Origin: Octopus vulgaris
Taxonomy: Eukaryota
Direction of reading: 5' to 3'
Length of the DNA stretch: 64,000 nt
Assembly (NCBI GenBank): GCA_951406725.2
Contig: OX597818.1
Location: forward strand, 12,834,001 to 12,898,000
The notes below the pieces were generated by a model. It had not been told where the DNA came from. It searched no databases and was given only the letters and a program-made list of their open reading frames with translations. Below are positions 26,559 to 41,360 of this stretch, one piece after another (positions within the stretch are counted from its first letter, which is position 1; every line of letters begins with the position of its first letter). A program made the position numbers and the translations under genes.

Positions 26559-27819
26559 AATGGGGGCCTTAACTCCGAAATTTTAGTCATTTCTTTTATG
26601 ATCCAAAACTAGGTCAAAAGTACTGAATTGATCTTTATATTCTATGCATAAGGGCCATAACCCCCATGACAATTGTTATATTTTTGCTGTTGATGACAAT
26701 TTAATCACAGATATTAGACACAAATGAAGTAATATTTATAAAATTTCATCTTCTTATAAGGTAGAAAGACCCTTTTTGTCATTTTGTCTCAGCAAAGACG
26801 AATATAGTTGTACTTTTTGAAGCGGTAAGGTTACCCGAGCATAAAAGATGAGCATTATTTCTAATTCAATGGTACAAACGTGTAACAGTTTGCTTACATT
26901 GTGATTTCTACAATGTGGTGCATAAATTGTCAAGTAAATGAGAGGCATCTTTGCTTCCACTGATTCAGTTGCAAAGTGTTGAGGAAAGTTATTTGATTGC
27001 AGACCTCCTTTCAGTCATTTTATTATTATTGGGTCACACATGGTTCACAGATGGTAACATTGATTTCAAGGCCTTCCCAGATATGTGACTGGTTATTCAA
27101 AGACATTTACAGATTGTAAATTTATTCTGTCTATTTACGTATCAGTATAGTGGTCATTTGGAAACTCCAGAGGTGACACTTTCATTTCTCATTAGCCCTC
27201 ACGTCACACAGTTGTTAATGTTTATTTCAGTTGGGTCATACCCTTTCAATTGCTATAGATTCGTCATGCATCTTATGCCTGTGTCTGTCACTTGGATGGT
27301 GAGGAATCCTACATTGGGAATGGTAACGACTAGGGTAGGGTAGCTGACTGCTTATTGTGATCATTCGTCTTTTGGTTCCCTGTAGCTTTGCTCTCTTTTA
27401 CAAATCCATTGAACATATATTTCCTATTTTAAAGAAATTCAAACAATAGATATAAGGCCCAAGTTAAAAAGATTTTCAACAATTCAACGTCTCTGCTTGA
27501 CATTAAGACACCCACCCCCAACAGGGGCTTTAATTCTCACATTTTAGAGATTCTTGACCTGCATTTTTCAGGTGAAAATCTTTTTAACAGGTTCAATAAT
27601 ACTGGAATTCTGGAATATGCGCATAAATATCAGTGGTACGGGATACATGTGCCACGATTACAATTTCTTTTTAGGGTGTGTAAAGACAGAAATAACCCTC
27701 ATCTGCAATTTTGATGAAATTCGAAACGTAGATATTCCAGTTCATTATAGAAAATATAACAGAAAAGTCTAATTCTTCAATTGAATGTAACACAGTCAAC
27801 GCAGGGTATCTCTGCTAGT
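26537..27819 (+). mobile_element. Probable old Helitron-like element
   Basis: 3' end cagtcaacgcagggtatctctgCTAGt (CTAG 27815-27818) resembles a Helitron terminus; the 5' boundary is guessed from tctatatata. Confidence 0.4.
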
Positions 27820-30800
27820 TAAATATAAAAGGCTACTGCAAAAATGCATCATTATATTTACTAAAACACAACGATTCTGAAACAAAACTATATGGAAGTA
27901 ACACAAATGAAATAACATATAAATTATTTTATTATATATACATAAATATGCCGGTACGCGGACATATAGTGTCTCAAACTGATAAATTCATATATGCACG
28001 TATATACACAATCCCATACATACACGCACATTCCTACGCATTTATAAGTATATACATATGCATCTATATACATTTATCTATCTATTTATCGATCTCTATT
28101 TATATATGTATTTATATATACTCGTATGCGTACATATACGCACATATATTACGCAGGTGTTATGATTGCATTTTACGTTTTCGCTTAGGTATAACAATAG
28201 TAATAAAGAAATGTTAGAACGCAATGTACGTATGCCTCAGGATAAAGCGTTACGCGAGTACAGAGTATAATGCAAATTTTTTTGGATGGAAAAAGAACGA
28301 GAATTACGTAATCAACTTCATTAGTTAACGGTTGTTTCTACAATAAGATGCAATGAAACCAGCCCTGGCTGCTTGTGCATCATGCTATAGCTTCCTCCGA
28401 CCTTGTATGAATGTGCGTATGTATGTAATCTAGAGACAATATAGTGAATACTATATTGTGAATGATAAATAATAGGTCATGACATATGGCTAAAACTTCC
28501 TTACACACAAATCCTTGAAATAATATCTATTAAAATTGAAACATCTGTAACACCAAACATCGAACTATAAATGGAAAGTACTTTTTCTGAAATTATTAAT
28601 GGTAACATGCAAGGACTGTTAGTGGTTCTGTTTGTTGCAGAGACATAGTTCACTAACACATGTTTAGAATCATGATTGTTCTATACGTAGCTCATATATC
28701 CTATGTTCACGCGTCAACACTGCTTTATGTTGAAGTTCTATGCTTTTTAGCCGGCTCCGAACGAATGGCTAAGCATACATATATAATTTTTACTAGTGCA
28801 AACAGTCCATTAAATACTTAAACAATAGTAAGACCATTCCCATGTAACAGAATTGTATTCTTATTAAAGCTATTGTATTTTGTATTATTACTACAATTAT
28901 CAGTGAGGCTAGCATAAAAAACTGAGAAACCCTACGTTTAGCATAAAATTAGTTGTAGCATATTTAGATAATTGACGAACATTTCCCTTAAGCGACATAT
29001 TGTAACTTTATCAGAAAAAGAAATGTTCCTTGAGTGATTCAAAATAGATTTTACATATCGGTGTTGCAGGTTACCTATCATATTGCACTAGTGACAACAT
29101 ACTCTTCTGATGCAGTATTCGAGGCATATTGCATAGTATATCTGCATAAAGCATTCACTGTATATTCTATAAAATTTATACGTATTGTTCATCTCCCGAG
29201 TGCTGCATTATAGTAATTTTCGTAGCTTTATTAATATTCGCATGTCAAAGTGATAGACTCAATAAGATAATTCTTATGGATTTTTGAAGGACTTCGTTGA
29301 TATAATTAAAAGTTAGCTCTTTCGATTGTCCACTTACGTTGATAATGAAGTATTAGTCCTTAAGTTCTTTCAATGTATTGTATACGATTGTCTTTTTGCT
29401 TTGCATCTGCGATTCAGATTTCAACTCTTATCCTTTTCTTTCACAACAATTCAAATGAAACATACTGAATCACAAAGGGGAACCTCCGATTCTGCACACA
29501 AGCACGTACACACACACATGCCTATGTATGTGAATATATATTTGTGCGTGTTGTATGTCTCAGTGTATGGTTGTACTGACATATATATGTGTATTAGCGT
29601 GTGTGCGTTAATATGTAGCGTGTTCCTTTCATATTGTGTTTTCATTGGTACGCATGATCTAGTACTCGTTCACTTATAGTTATATTTACTACGAGAGAGG
29701 GCTTCTATAAGTGGGCCAGTTGGGTTATCCGATAATAAAAGCAGTAAATGCTGACACTATTTTTTTATAAAAAGAAGTCTATATTAGCCCATATAGTTGG
29801 GTATTTCAGAAAAGATGTACCCATCGTACTTCACGTGCATTCGAACAGAAACCAGTGCAACTAATACTTGCCTGGGGCTACACACCAACAGAAAATATAA
29901 ATTGCAATTTTCTTATTTATGTGCTTTATTCATGGCAAATATATCTATAAAGATAGTATAATTTGGCCATGTGTCTCAGACATATCTTTTTCCTTGTAAC
30001 GGCATTAAATTTCCTGTACCATTGCTTAACTGCTTCATAATCGTTTCACTATTGCTCACTCACTAATTATAAAAAAACAAGTTACATTTCTTTCTTAATA
30101 TATCATAAGATATCCGTAATAGAATGCATCAGTCCTAGTTTTGTAACTGCCGGCTGACATTTAACTTATTTAATTTTTGCACTATAAAAAGAAAAGCTTA
30201 TAATTTCAAGACGTTTGAACTATTCCAATAGCTAACTCTTTCATATTTCTCTTCTCTCAATCAGTTTGTAACATTGACAGTGTATTATTAGACTAAAATA
30301 TCCACAGATATTGGAAATAGATCTAGAATTGAGTCTATGTAACTAAGAAAGTGAGACGCAGTGAGGATATATAAAATTAAAGACGGCAATATGTGACGAA
30401 AAAGTATTATGGCTGCTGTAAAGATTAATGTAAGGTTATTTGTCACAGAGAACAATTGTAGAAATATAGATCCTTGCATTGCATATAAAAGAAATGAAAG
30501 TTAAAATAAAACCCTGTAATCTTGGTTTTTACTTATTAATGTTGAAGGTAAAATAATTCGAAAGGTGTCAAGAGAAAAGGAAAGTATTTGTATGAAAAAG
30601 AAATTCAAAGAAAATGCACTGCATATATAAACATGGATCATATGGTGAAGTTTGAACTATAGGATTAACTTTTTTACTTTTTAGTTTTTCAACAACATAT
30701 CTTCATTAAAAAATCTCTCCCTTCAAGAATTCTATTAGATTTATTTTCATTCTAAAGTTAGAAACGTCTTGTATTTCGGAGAACCTATTAATTTGGGCAT

Positions 30801-31379
30801 CTTCCGGTGACACATAACACATATGAAAGTATATATTTGCATGTTATATAATAAGATGATGTATCAGTAATGCAAAATAATATCATATCCGTATGCCTTT
30901 CTCCATGTCACGTCTCATACATACATTATTAATAATTCGTAACTGTCCGATATTCTAACATAACGTGAAATAGTGTGCATTTCTGAATCGAAAATATACG
31001 TAATTTATGATGTGTTGTTAATAATTATCTATAAGCACTCCACTATATAGACTGCCACCCGAAACGAGGTTGATACATGATGTAGATTCTTTGGTCAAAG
31101 TTTTGTACGATTGGCAGCCGAAATGTGGCACTTTTAAAACGAGTCTGTGAAGGGGCCTTCTAACTCTTATTCTACATGATATGTACGCCGTCAATATTTT
31201 GCATAAAATTATATAAATCTGCGTTTTACTGAGCGGAAGTTTATCATACTATGTTTATTTAAAGACCAAAAATTCGATTAGCTAAGAGTCCTATATAGGG
31301 AGTAACGACGCTCAACAGAAGGCGTAGCTCGGAGATTACGTAGTCTCTTCAGGTCGAGTCACGGATCTGAAACTACGGA

Positions 31380-31625
31380 CATATGATTTGAATAACACAA
31401 CAAAGATTCTCTAGGCACGATTGATCGGCATGAATGAGATCAAGGGGTAGACGAAGAAGGTGTTGGCTGGATAATAACCATAGTCTCAGTTGATCATGCT
31501 TGGAAATCTAGCCGGAAAATCTAATGACGGTCGATTCTGATGGGACCCTAAGGAGGTAATACCTAAGGGCTCTACTTCCATGATCCGTGAGGGACAGGAA
31601 ATTAGAGTCGTGAAGACGGATGGAT
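31380..31625 (+). mobile_element. Degraded RTE-like LINE 3' end
   Basis: aggggtagacgaagaaggtgttggctggataat = RGRRRRCWLDN, typical of the RTE C-terminal RGRPxxxWxD motif. Confidence 0.45.
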
Positions 31626-31656
31626 GTATATGTATGCCTGTGTATATGCATGTATA

Positions 31657-32366
31657 CGAGGAGATACCCAAAAGAAACCGGAATTTCGCAATATTATTTT
31701 ATTCACTTAGTTTTACATATTTATATTTTTATCGCCTTCAAAGTATTCTCTATTTGAAGCAAAGCATCGGTCCAGGCGCGTTTTCCAGTGTTAGAAGCAG
31801 TCCTGAAAATCTGCGACGTTAAGCCTTTTAACAATTCCGTCATTTTTACTTCACTTTTCGATATCTGCTGAATATTTTCTTTTAAGACCTTTCTTTCATT
31901 CCGGGGTTCACAGACATTGTTCTATGACGGTCCTTCAAGATCACATCATGCATTTTCATCATGCTTTCATTCGTGCGGGGTGTGGGTAGTTTGGAGCTCG
32001 CCCGGAACGAGGGTAGTTTTCAAGCGACGAGTGACAATTCCTAAAGCGTGATCACCACTCGTGTTTTGTTCTTGGCAGCGTTCTTGTAAACATGACAGCT
32101 ATTTTGGCCGCCGTTTCCCCCCGCAGAAAACAGAATATCACAGAAATACGCTGTTCTTTCGCTTCAACCATTGCAAAAGTGGACGAACAAGCTAGAAAAA
32201 CTGCAAAACAAAAATGCATGACGTAGAAGTACAATGCCTTTCGATGATGCTGGCCAGCAGACTGATGCCTACGAGTTACATCAAGTGACTTCTAGTGGCA
32301 GAAGCCTGAACAACATCGGTCTTATCCAACAGAGAACGTTTCCAGTAACTTTGAGGTATTTCCTCG
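31657..32366 (-). mobile_element. Internally deleted mariner element with TIRs and TA target duplication
   Basis: Left TA-cgaggagatacccaaaagaaaccggaa; right ttccagtaactttgaggtatttcctcg-TA; N-terminal transposase EQRISVIFCFLRGETAAK in ORF 32052..32234. Confidence 0.88.
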
Positions 32367-32404
32367 TATATATTCACACACATATACATATATATCCATA
32401 CATG

Positions 32405-32440
<36 letters not shown>

Positions 32441-34166
32441 TACACACACACACACACGTACATATATACATATATATACAAAGGTTTAGGGGTGAGGTTC
32501 AAGAGTTCAAGTTTCTGGAATTGTATTAAAAAGAAGTCTTTTGAATTGAAAAGGTAGCTTCTATCCCGACTATTTCTAATGTGTGTCAGTGTGTGTTTGG
32601 AATATATTGTCAAAATATTTTTTTGTCGATTGAGAAAATAGGTCAGTGGTTAAGTGGTTTTTTAAGGATGGTCATTCAAAGTATGTGTGTGTTATCGTGA
32701 TGTGTATGTCTGTTGTGTATTTGTGAGCTAGTGTGTGTGTATATGTATATGTGTGTGTATGTGTGTGTGTGTGACAGATCGTTATTTATTGCTTACCCGT
32801 GGGTGTTTAGATATATCACATGACAGGAAAAGCTGAATACACCCACAGATACAAAAATATGCTGATGAACCTCAACGTCAACATTCAGTTCACATCCGAT
32901 AGATGTGTCATTTTAATGAATTTTAGTTCCATTATTTTGTACAACCCCTGTATATTAAAAGTCCCTTAGAGAGCCATAATGATAAAAATGTATAGAACCA
33001 TATTATCACCCTCAAATTTAAGAAACAATCATAACTTTTTTCCTTTTAAAACTTCATTGTATGAGATTGAAACCATAAAGTCTCTTGAATTGAGCTCTAT
33101 CATTTTAGCTTCATTAAAATATAGTTTGTTTTTAAAATAAAAAAGGTAATTATACTTAAAGACAATTTTTAAAAATATATTTTTTTCATGATATTTTACC
33201 TCACAAATTTTTTGATACAAATTTTGTTGCATGGGAATATGACTATGAAATTCTCCTTGCTTTCTTCTATTATTAAAGTTAAGATAAATATATTTTGCCC
33301 TCAAATAAAAAAAAAGTTATTTAGATCTAAACTTCATTGGTGGCATTACTTTCTCTGCTATAATGCTGCTACGAATTTTGATGTAAACTTTTTCTGCTGG
33401 ATCAAATTTTCTTATACCAAAATGTAGCTAGGAACCAGTCTTCTTCAAAAATGATAATGGTTTTGAATTGGGTTAAGAAATGAATTAGCGACAAGCTCTG
33501 AAATGTGCAGCCTTAAGAATATTATACAACTACTACCGTAGTTGAATATATATATATATATATATATGAGTGTGCATGTGTGTATATATATATATGTAAA
33601 ACAGTCATTGTATACCTGAATACCTTTAAACGCAAGTGATTGTAAATAAAATATCTATGTTTATATGAATGTGTGTCTAAGTGTGTGTGTTTGTGTCTGC
33701 CTATGTACCGAGTGTAGATTATATATACAAAGACTTTACTCACTGAAAATCTGATATAAACTATAGTTGAACCAACGATTGCAATATCATTCGTTAGTGG
33801 CTTCTGTTTAGAAGTGAAGTCCGAAATGCTGATTATGTATGCATAACCAATTTTTGCCTTGTGTGGGCGAAGGAAAATTTATAGGACTATTTATAATAAG
33901 AGTGAAATTATTTTTGTTAGAAGAGATAAGCATAGAGAATAAAAAATATGTACATATGCATAGAATGTGTCCATATGTGTGTGTTTGTGTATGTTTGCAT
34001 GGGTGGAAGTATATGCCTGTGGTTTTGTGATTGATTTGAAGAATGTACAGTTATTTCGTTTCTTATAATGTGTCAATGTTTGATTCAGAGTAAAGAAATT
34101 CTTCAGAGATATTCGCGTCTCGATTTATTTATCTTCTAACAATTACAAAACAATTATGACGGAGAG

Positions 34167-34270
34167 GCTTTGAGATGTTTGTGTGCCAGATAAAACGAAT
34201 TAGATCAATTAATTTTCTATTTTCACCTGTGAGTTTCTATTCTCATTCCAGCACACAAACATCTCAAAGC
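34167..34270. repeat. Perfect 20 bp inverted repeat with a 64 bp spacer
   Basis: gctttgagatgtttgtgtgc (34167-34186) / gcacacaaacatctcaaagc (34251-34270). Confidence 0.92.
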
Positions 34271-34549
34271 GTCCCCTCCCTTCAAATTATTGAATATCAT
34301 TAAGACTCATATATATTTGTAAATAGAGCGAAATACGAGACAGTGGGTGGATTCAGTTGAATACATACTTGTTCTAAAATGTGTAGACCTTTGCTAACAT
34401 AAGCAAAAATACTTATGTCCTTGTAGTATTTCAATTTATTCTATACACATTGACCTTCTTCGGCTTTGATCTGGAAGAAAGGATTATACCACGACTTTTG
34501 CAGGTATTCCTCGACTAGGTTTGACGTGATCGCTACGGCATCATGAACA

Positions 34550-35615
34550 TTTGAAAGCTTATGGCTGATAGCAAAAGAAAATATGCCGATGGGGAAGAAA
34601 CTGTAGAAAATGGAATTTCTGGAGTGGAAAGGCTATGAAGAACATTTAAACAGAAGTTTGGTGAGATATACTATTGCTAAGGCAGGGATGTGATGCGAAT
34701 GAGTCGTGAGAATAAGAATAAAGGTACGGAAATCAGTTCCGCGGAGAAGGTGCCACTCTAATAACGGTAAAAAAATGAAGGATGGATTATGCTGGTGTAC
34801 TAAAGTCTAGAAACTCTCGATTAACAATTACTTTTGATAGCTAATTTCCAGAAGTTAGTACAAGATTCCTGTATGAGTGATAGTGGTAGTGTTCCAAATG
34901 AACTTTGTATAGGAGATGTTGCTGTCGAAAGAAAACAAATCCCAGTCTTCATTAGGCTTATTACATGACAGAGTGTTTCTCGTAGAAATCGTCTGTAGCT
35001 CAGAAGCTTAAAATTTGTGGAGATTTCAGTGTTTCCTTGCTTGGTAAGTGTAGGATTAAATACTTGCTTATTTGGTAATCATTTTGATAGTATATATGTG
35101 GTTGTAGAGGAAACGAGAATACATGATATAACCTAGAGTGTATAGGTTCACATATGAAAAATAATTGGTTATTGAAGATCAGAGAGCTCGAAGTATGTTA
35201 TCTTCTATACAGAAACATACGTTATAAGAAATGATGACAAGCAAACTGGTAATGTAAAAGAAAGAGAGACTTGGGACAAAATTGAAATTTTATGCACTGC
35301 GGATTTCATAGAGTGTGCAGCAGAGAAAATGACGCCATTCCACATGGCATACTGCAATGGACACGCTCAGATATAAAACATTATTGGAGAGATAGAAATA
35401 GAAGTCATGCCAAAGACAAATGTGAAGCTGAAGAAATGATGTAGCATTATGTTTCAGGTATCCATTATTAATTGTTATTAAAGGGAGAGGATTGAAGTTG
35501 TTGGAGTTGGTTGTCTTCAGTAAATGTCATTCTGTGTTGTTGATAGTTGGTGCAGTTAGATGGAGACCTCTAAATATTGAGGTTCACTAAAGCGTGTCTT
35601 CATGATTGGAAATTT
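34550..35615 (+). mobile_element. Highly decayed LINE (RT region)
   Basis: Residual DAIPHGILQWT (AFDxVP-like) near 35330 and VIKGERIEVVG near 35475; purine-rich sense strand. Confidence 0.35.
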
Positions 35616-35618
35616 CCT

Positions 35619-35654
<36 letters not shown>

Positions 35655-37412
35655 CAGAGAGACAGAGAGAGAGAAAGAGATAGTGCGAGAGAGAGAGAAA
35701 GAGAGAGAGAAGGGAAGACGAGGTAGAGATAGGAAACGTTTGCAAGAATAAGAGCTTGTTCTAGGTCATAATGAGAACCGTTAGCAGGAGCACTCTCAGG
35801 CCAATTAATCTTGCTTATTTCAAGTGACACATGTACTTTCCCCTTTCTACATGTTCATGGGTATGATTGCGTAAAGGGGCATGTTTATTGACCGCTTTAT
35901 TTCATTTATGACTCGTGGATTTGCATGAAAAGCGATTAAGATGTAAATATAATATTTGCTCAGAGTGCCATCTTGCTTGACACGTGGAGAAAAGTCCGCA
36001 AAGTTGTTAGAGACACCTTCAGCAAATGACAGAGTGCGTCAGTTGTATTTTGAGTAGCCGAGATGCTTGAAGGAATTGTGACACATGCATAATTTTTTTG
36101 TGTTTCAGTTTCAAGTCAGTATTATATACCAGTTACATCATTATCGCATTTAATATTACCCGGTTCTAATAATTCAATATTATGCATACAGAATTGAAGG
36201 TAGATGCAGACATTAAATAATTGTAAAATGGTGTTTCATTTATAATTTTTACATAAAATACTATTGATTATGACTATATAATTTGCCATGCTGTTTTGTA
36301 AAGTGTAGATACAAAACTGACTGCGTTAATTTATTGGCAAGTCGAAAATATGACCTAATTCTTCCTATTGCCTATAAAAATAACAACATCACAAGGTTCT
36401 AGTAATCTCTCTGTAAAATAAAGTATTTCTGTATCGTAAAATGAAGCTAACGTTTTAAATAAATTAAGCGACTTATTATGATTGCTTAAGACCATATGAT
36501 GAAGAGGATGTATGCTCACTGTCAATTTACATTTCAACAACTTGAGTTAAATTACAGGATTCAACTAGATCGAATAATATTACAGCGGTCCAATTATATT
36601 ACAGCCATAAACAAAGATGTTCTATAAAAATTTCGGACACGAACCCAATTATTTACGACAATACCCTATTTGAATGCAAATATTTCAGAATGCAGACTTG
36701 TAGAACAAACACCGAATCAAACATAAAATATTTATTATGATTCTTTCTAAAATTGCTAATTTATTTTGTAAATTAAATTCAAATAATCACAAAAGTAAAA
36801 GTAAAATTACAGGATTAAATCGAGGGCAAAAGTGCTTACTTAATATACATTCGGAAAGCATATATAAAACCGATTTGTTATTTGTCTGATTTGTCTGCAC
36901 TATGTGTTGAGCAGTAAACGTGACAAGTGCAAAATAACGCTTCATTTACAGAAAATAAACATTACAATTGAAGCTGGAATGTAAGGCACGTTTCCTTGTT
37001 ATAGACGAAACGGATATTAATTTTTGCTCAGGTTTAATCAACTGTTGATTATAGAAGATGCAAATAGTGAGAGACCTTCAGAATATTGCACAGTTGATTG
37101 GAACACACTTGGATAAAATATATTGAAGTTAGAAATAATAGATTAGTGAGAGATGAATAGAGAGTAAATACTTGTAGGCATAAGGAAACCGACAGTTCAT
37201 ATTCATTTAGGTGTGTATAATGCGTGTGTGAGTGTGTATGTATGTAGAGTGAGAGCGAGAAAATAAACGATTATATTATTATGTGAAAATCATTGTATTA
37301 TTGATAAACATAAAAAAGCATACATACGAGTTCACATATGCAAAAGTGCATATACATTACATAACGTATATACTCACAAAGGCTTATGTACACATATTTA
37401 CACATGCACTAA

Positions 37413-37454
<42 letters not shown>

Positions 37455-37879
37455 TATATACATACATATATACATGTGTGTGTGAGTGTGTGCACATATA
37501 TCTGTTTATATGTCCGTATCGTTAACTGTATCTGTACGTGTTTAGTGGATTTTAATTTCAAATGTGCAAATAGACTTCTTTGTGGTTGCGAATATATACA
37601 CGGGAGAAGTAAGTAAACATGATCGAGTGTTTCTGAGACAAACATAACAGAGTGTTAAGAGTTATCATTGGATGAATAAGGAATTTCGGAAATGTATTTA
37701 TTAATATTCCCTTACGTTAAAGGGGCATTCTTTCGCAGGGAAAGGTATGTATATGTGTGGGAATATATACAGTTAGATATCTATGTAACATGCGTACACA
37801 CATAAAAGGAAATACATGCATGTAAGGATATATGTATATATGATTGTGTGTATGTGTATATACATATATATATATTCTA

Positions 37880-38103
37880 TTTCATTCTTTTCTTGCTTCT
37901 CTTATTTGGCTGCAGTCATGCTGGAGCACCGCATTTTACTTGACGAAAAGGATCCTGGACGTATTCTTTGTAAGCCTAGTGCTTATCTAATCAGTTTCTG
38001 TATGTCGAACCTCTAAGTTACGGGGACTTAAACACACCAACACCGGTTGTCATGCGATAGTGGTGATAGGGGAATCACAGACACCAACACAAACACTCAT
38101 ATG

Positions 38104-38146
<43 letters not shown>

Positions 38147-38333
38147 ACATATATATATATACATACATATATACAACGGGCTTCTTCAGCTTTCGTCTAC
38201 CAGATCCACTCACAAGGCTTCGATCGGCCCGAGGCTGTAGTAGAAAACACTTACCGGAGGTTCTACGCAGCGGACTGAACCTGGACCATATAGCTGGGAA
38301 GCAAGCTTATTACCACACAGCCATACATGCGCC
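37880..38333 (-). mobile_element. SINE family A, full length
   Basis: Collinear with 56478-56925, including the central (CA)n(TA)n and the head ending cagccatacatgcgcc. Confidence 0.9.
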
Positions 38334-38944
38334 TAAATTTCATTGAAAACCTAGCCTTTCCTGAGACATACACACGCGCATATATATAACTAATATTTTT
38401 GACTGAATCAATATAGTTGTTCGACGTTACTACAGTTTCACCGCCGGCAGAATCTCCACCATATGGTTTTCGGTGCGATATGCACCAGGTACATATTGCA
38501 CGCAGGGAGCGAAACCCAACCATCTTTTAGAAGACGCCGGGATCACCACACCAAACGGATTTTGGCTACTTATGCCCATCTTCATTATTGAACACCCGAC
38601 CGCTAGAAATAGCAGGAATCCTTCCAGTTCGCAATATATAGTGAACTAAGCGACAGTCAGTCACTGATCATGCAACACAGAAATGTAGAACATGTCAATA
38701 AGAGATGAAATTAGTAATTATGCTGATAATTATAGTAACGTTTGACGTTTGTACTTATGTGAACTTAATGTATGTTTCTCCTTAAAAGTTTTGAAACTTC
38801 TGGAATACACGTTGTACATCGAGTATCTGGAATTTATTGATAGTAGGAACTTGTGATATTTAAAAGGTAGCTAAATGCAGTTCTATCTACTATAATACAT
38901 CGGCCGTCTGCAAAGTTTTCATTAAAAACCTAGCGTTTCTGCGT

Positions 38945-38969
38945 ACATATGCATACATATACGCGCACG

Positions 38970-39011
<42 letters not shown>

Positions 39012-39145
39012 TATATATATATATGTGTGTGTGTTTATATACTCACATATTTGTATGTATATATGTGTATGTATATATATACATATATATATATATATTA
39101 TATATATATATATATATATTAAACATACACAAACACACCCCCCCC

Positions 39146-39231
<86 letters not shown>

Positions 39232-39232
39232 A
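38945..39232. repeat. Compound (CA)n(TA)n(GA)n microsatellite
   Basis: Direct reading. Confidence 0.95.
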
Positions 39233-39734
39233 ATTGTCGATTATCGCTGCGTGGTAAGTTGTAATGTAAAAAATATATATGTAAAATAAAAGAAGGAAAA
39301 TGCACACATTTTACATAGTTTTAATATATTTTATAAGATATTTCATATTGTGATTGTCTACCATTTTAGCTGTCGCTTATCATGACATTGAAATCATTGT
39401 AATTTCCTATTTTCTTAAAAATAATTTAAGTCATGTTTTGTATGGAGAAGTTAATGAATGAATGATTCAACGAGTAGAAGAAGGTTTAAATAAAGAAAAT
39501 GCATTCACCGAAAAATACAGAGCAGCAATAACGCCAGCCTGGCCTTAAGAATAACGTGAACATACGCCTTTGCTTAGACGAGAATTATCACCTTTGACAC
39601 ATGCATAAACATATGCATGCATACACACACGCACATACATACATACATACATACATACATACATACATACATACATACATGCATACATACATACATACAC
39701 ACACACATACATACATACATACACATATTTCTAG

Positions 39735-41322
39735 TTACTATTCTTCTATTAATCAAATTGTAGTTAAGAAATCACTCTGGTTTTCACACAACAAAGCAGG
39801 TCACCTGGGACGAAATTAATGTGGTGTTAGCTGTCAGAAAATCAATTTGAAAATAAGTTCTCTGTCCGTAAAGATACGCCTGATAGTTTTGATGTCACGA
39901 TGGGATGTTCTGATTCAGCACAATTGGCTGATTTGTTCGGTATCTGTATCCTTTATGAGATTGCTGACCAATTCTCTAACATGAATGGATGCTTATGTCA
40001 TGATGATTGTCTACTCTACCTTCAAAATGTTTCTAACTCCAAATTACAAAGGGTTAAAAGTAGGTTGGTTAAATATTTTGGAAACCTGGGCTTAAGCATT
40101 GTTTTCGATGATGACATAGCTAAAGTCAGCTTTTTAGCTATTAACCTTAACTTATACAACCCTCAACTAATTTAAAATATACTAGATTTTTCAGCAAGAT
40201 TATAACAAGAAACTTACAAATATTTGACGTAGACTTTGTAGATTTGTTTATTTGTATATTTATACGATAAAGCCAAATGTTATAACTCTGCCTTACTTAC
40301 ATCAGGGGATAAAGAAAAATTACGTATATTAACCCTATTGACATTAATTCTGCCTCTATTAATTAGGACATGAAAACACATCATAACGGTATTAACAATA
40401 TAAATTTTAGTTCGAATAATAACAATAAATCGAAAACAGTATTTTTGCAGCGTAAGGGAGAAAAGCGTCCTCTGTATCCCTTTACACGTTACAAAAATAA
40501 GTGTAGGACATTTAAAGATAATTATCCAAATAACAAGGTTGGTTCTATTAAAACAATTTGGTTGATCATTCCATCTGATAAGCAGATCAAATCCAACCTC
40601 CCTTATACATTTCGTGAAGCTATAGACAACGAATAGTATAGGTTTTTCAAACACCAAAGTCCTTTCACAAATCATTTTTTCACGTAACCATAAGTTATTA
40701 TTTCTTCACATAACCATAATTTATTAAATGCAAATCCACTAAATGTAAATAATAACAGCGCTATTATTTACGCTAACCATTGCTTGAACAATAATAATAA
40801 CAATATTAATATTTCTGATATACATTCGAATCTAATTTGTTTCTTTAGCAGTAATTATAAGACTAGAAATTTTGTTTATCAATGTAAAATTACTTCCGGT
40901 TCTTATGTCTTTCTTTATATATGTAGCTCATCGTCTCAGTTGTCGAAACTAATATCTACATTTAGACGTATCAATAAACTCAACAATACTGAGCTAAGTA
41001 AATTAATTTGGTCTCTAAAGGAACATAATAAACAATACGTTTTTAAATGGAATATTCTATCTAGATCTTTCCCATATGACAACGGCAAATCTTTTTGTCC
41101 GCTCTATAACAAAGAGCTATTTTTTGTCATTTTCTTGAAGATTACTCTTGTAAACGCGTATAAAGAATGCGTTTATCGTTGTAAACATTGGCAAAGTCAT
41201 ACCTTTAGTTCCTAAATTCGATCTGTAACGGTCTTCTTACATACATTTCTACTGACATATATCTATTTCCACGCTCTTAAACTTTATTTCCATTCATCTA
41301 TCACATCATATATTTTCCACTC

Positions 41323-41330
<8 letters not shown>
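39735..41330 (+). mobile_element. Decayed Penelope-like element (RT and GIY-YIG)
   Basis: KSLWFS, FDVTMGCSDSAQLADLFG, CHDDCL (YRDD equivalent), KVSFLAINLNL; GIY-YIG part VYQCKI..LYICSS..TELSKLIWSLK..KWNIL..CPLYNKE..CKH in ORF 40784..41215. Confidence 0.88.

Positions 41331-41354
<24 letters not shown>

Positions 41355-41360
<6 letters not shown>

Noticed and set aside
28436-28459. Perfect 10 bp hairpin acaatatagt-gaat-actatattgt
   Set aside because: Short and AT-rich; plausible by chance or slippage
37680-37730. Possible further hammerhead on the minus strand (gggaat..ttcc gaaa)
   Set aside because: CUGANGA box, stem I and stem III cannot be identified
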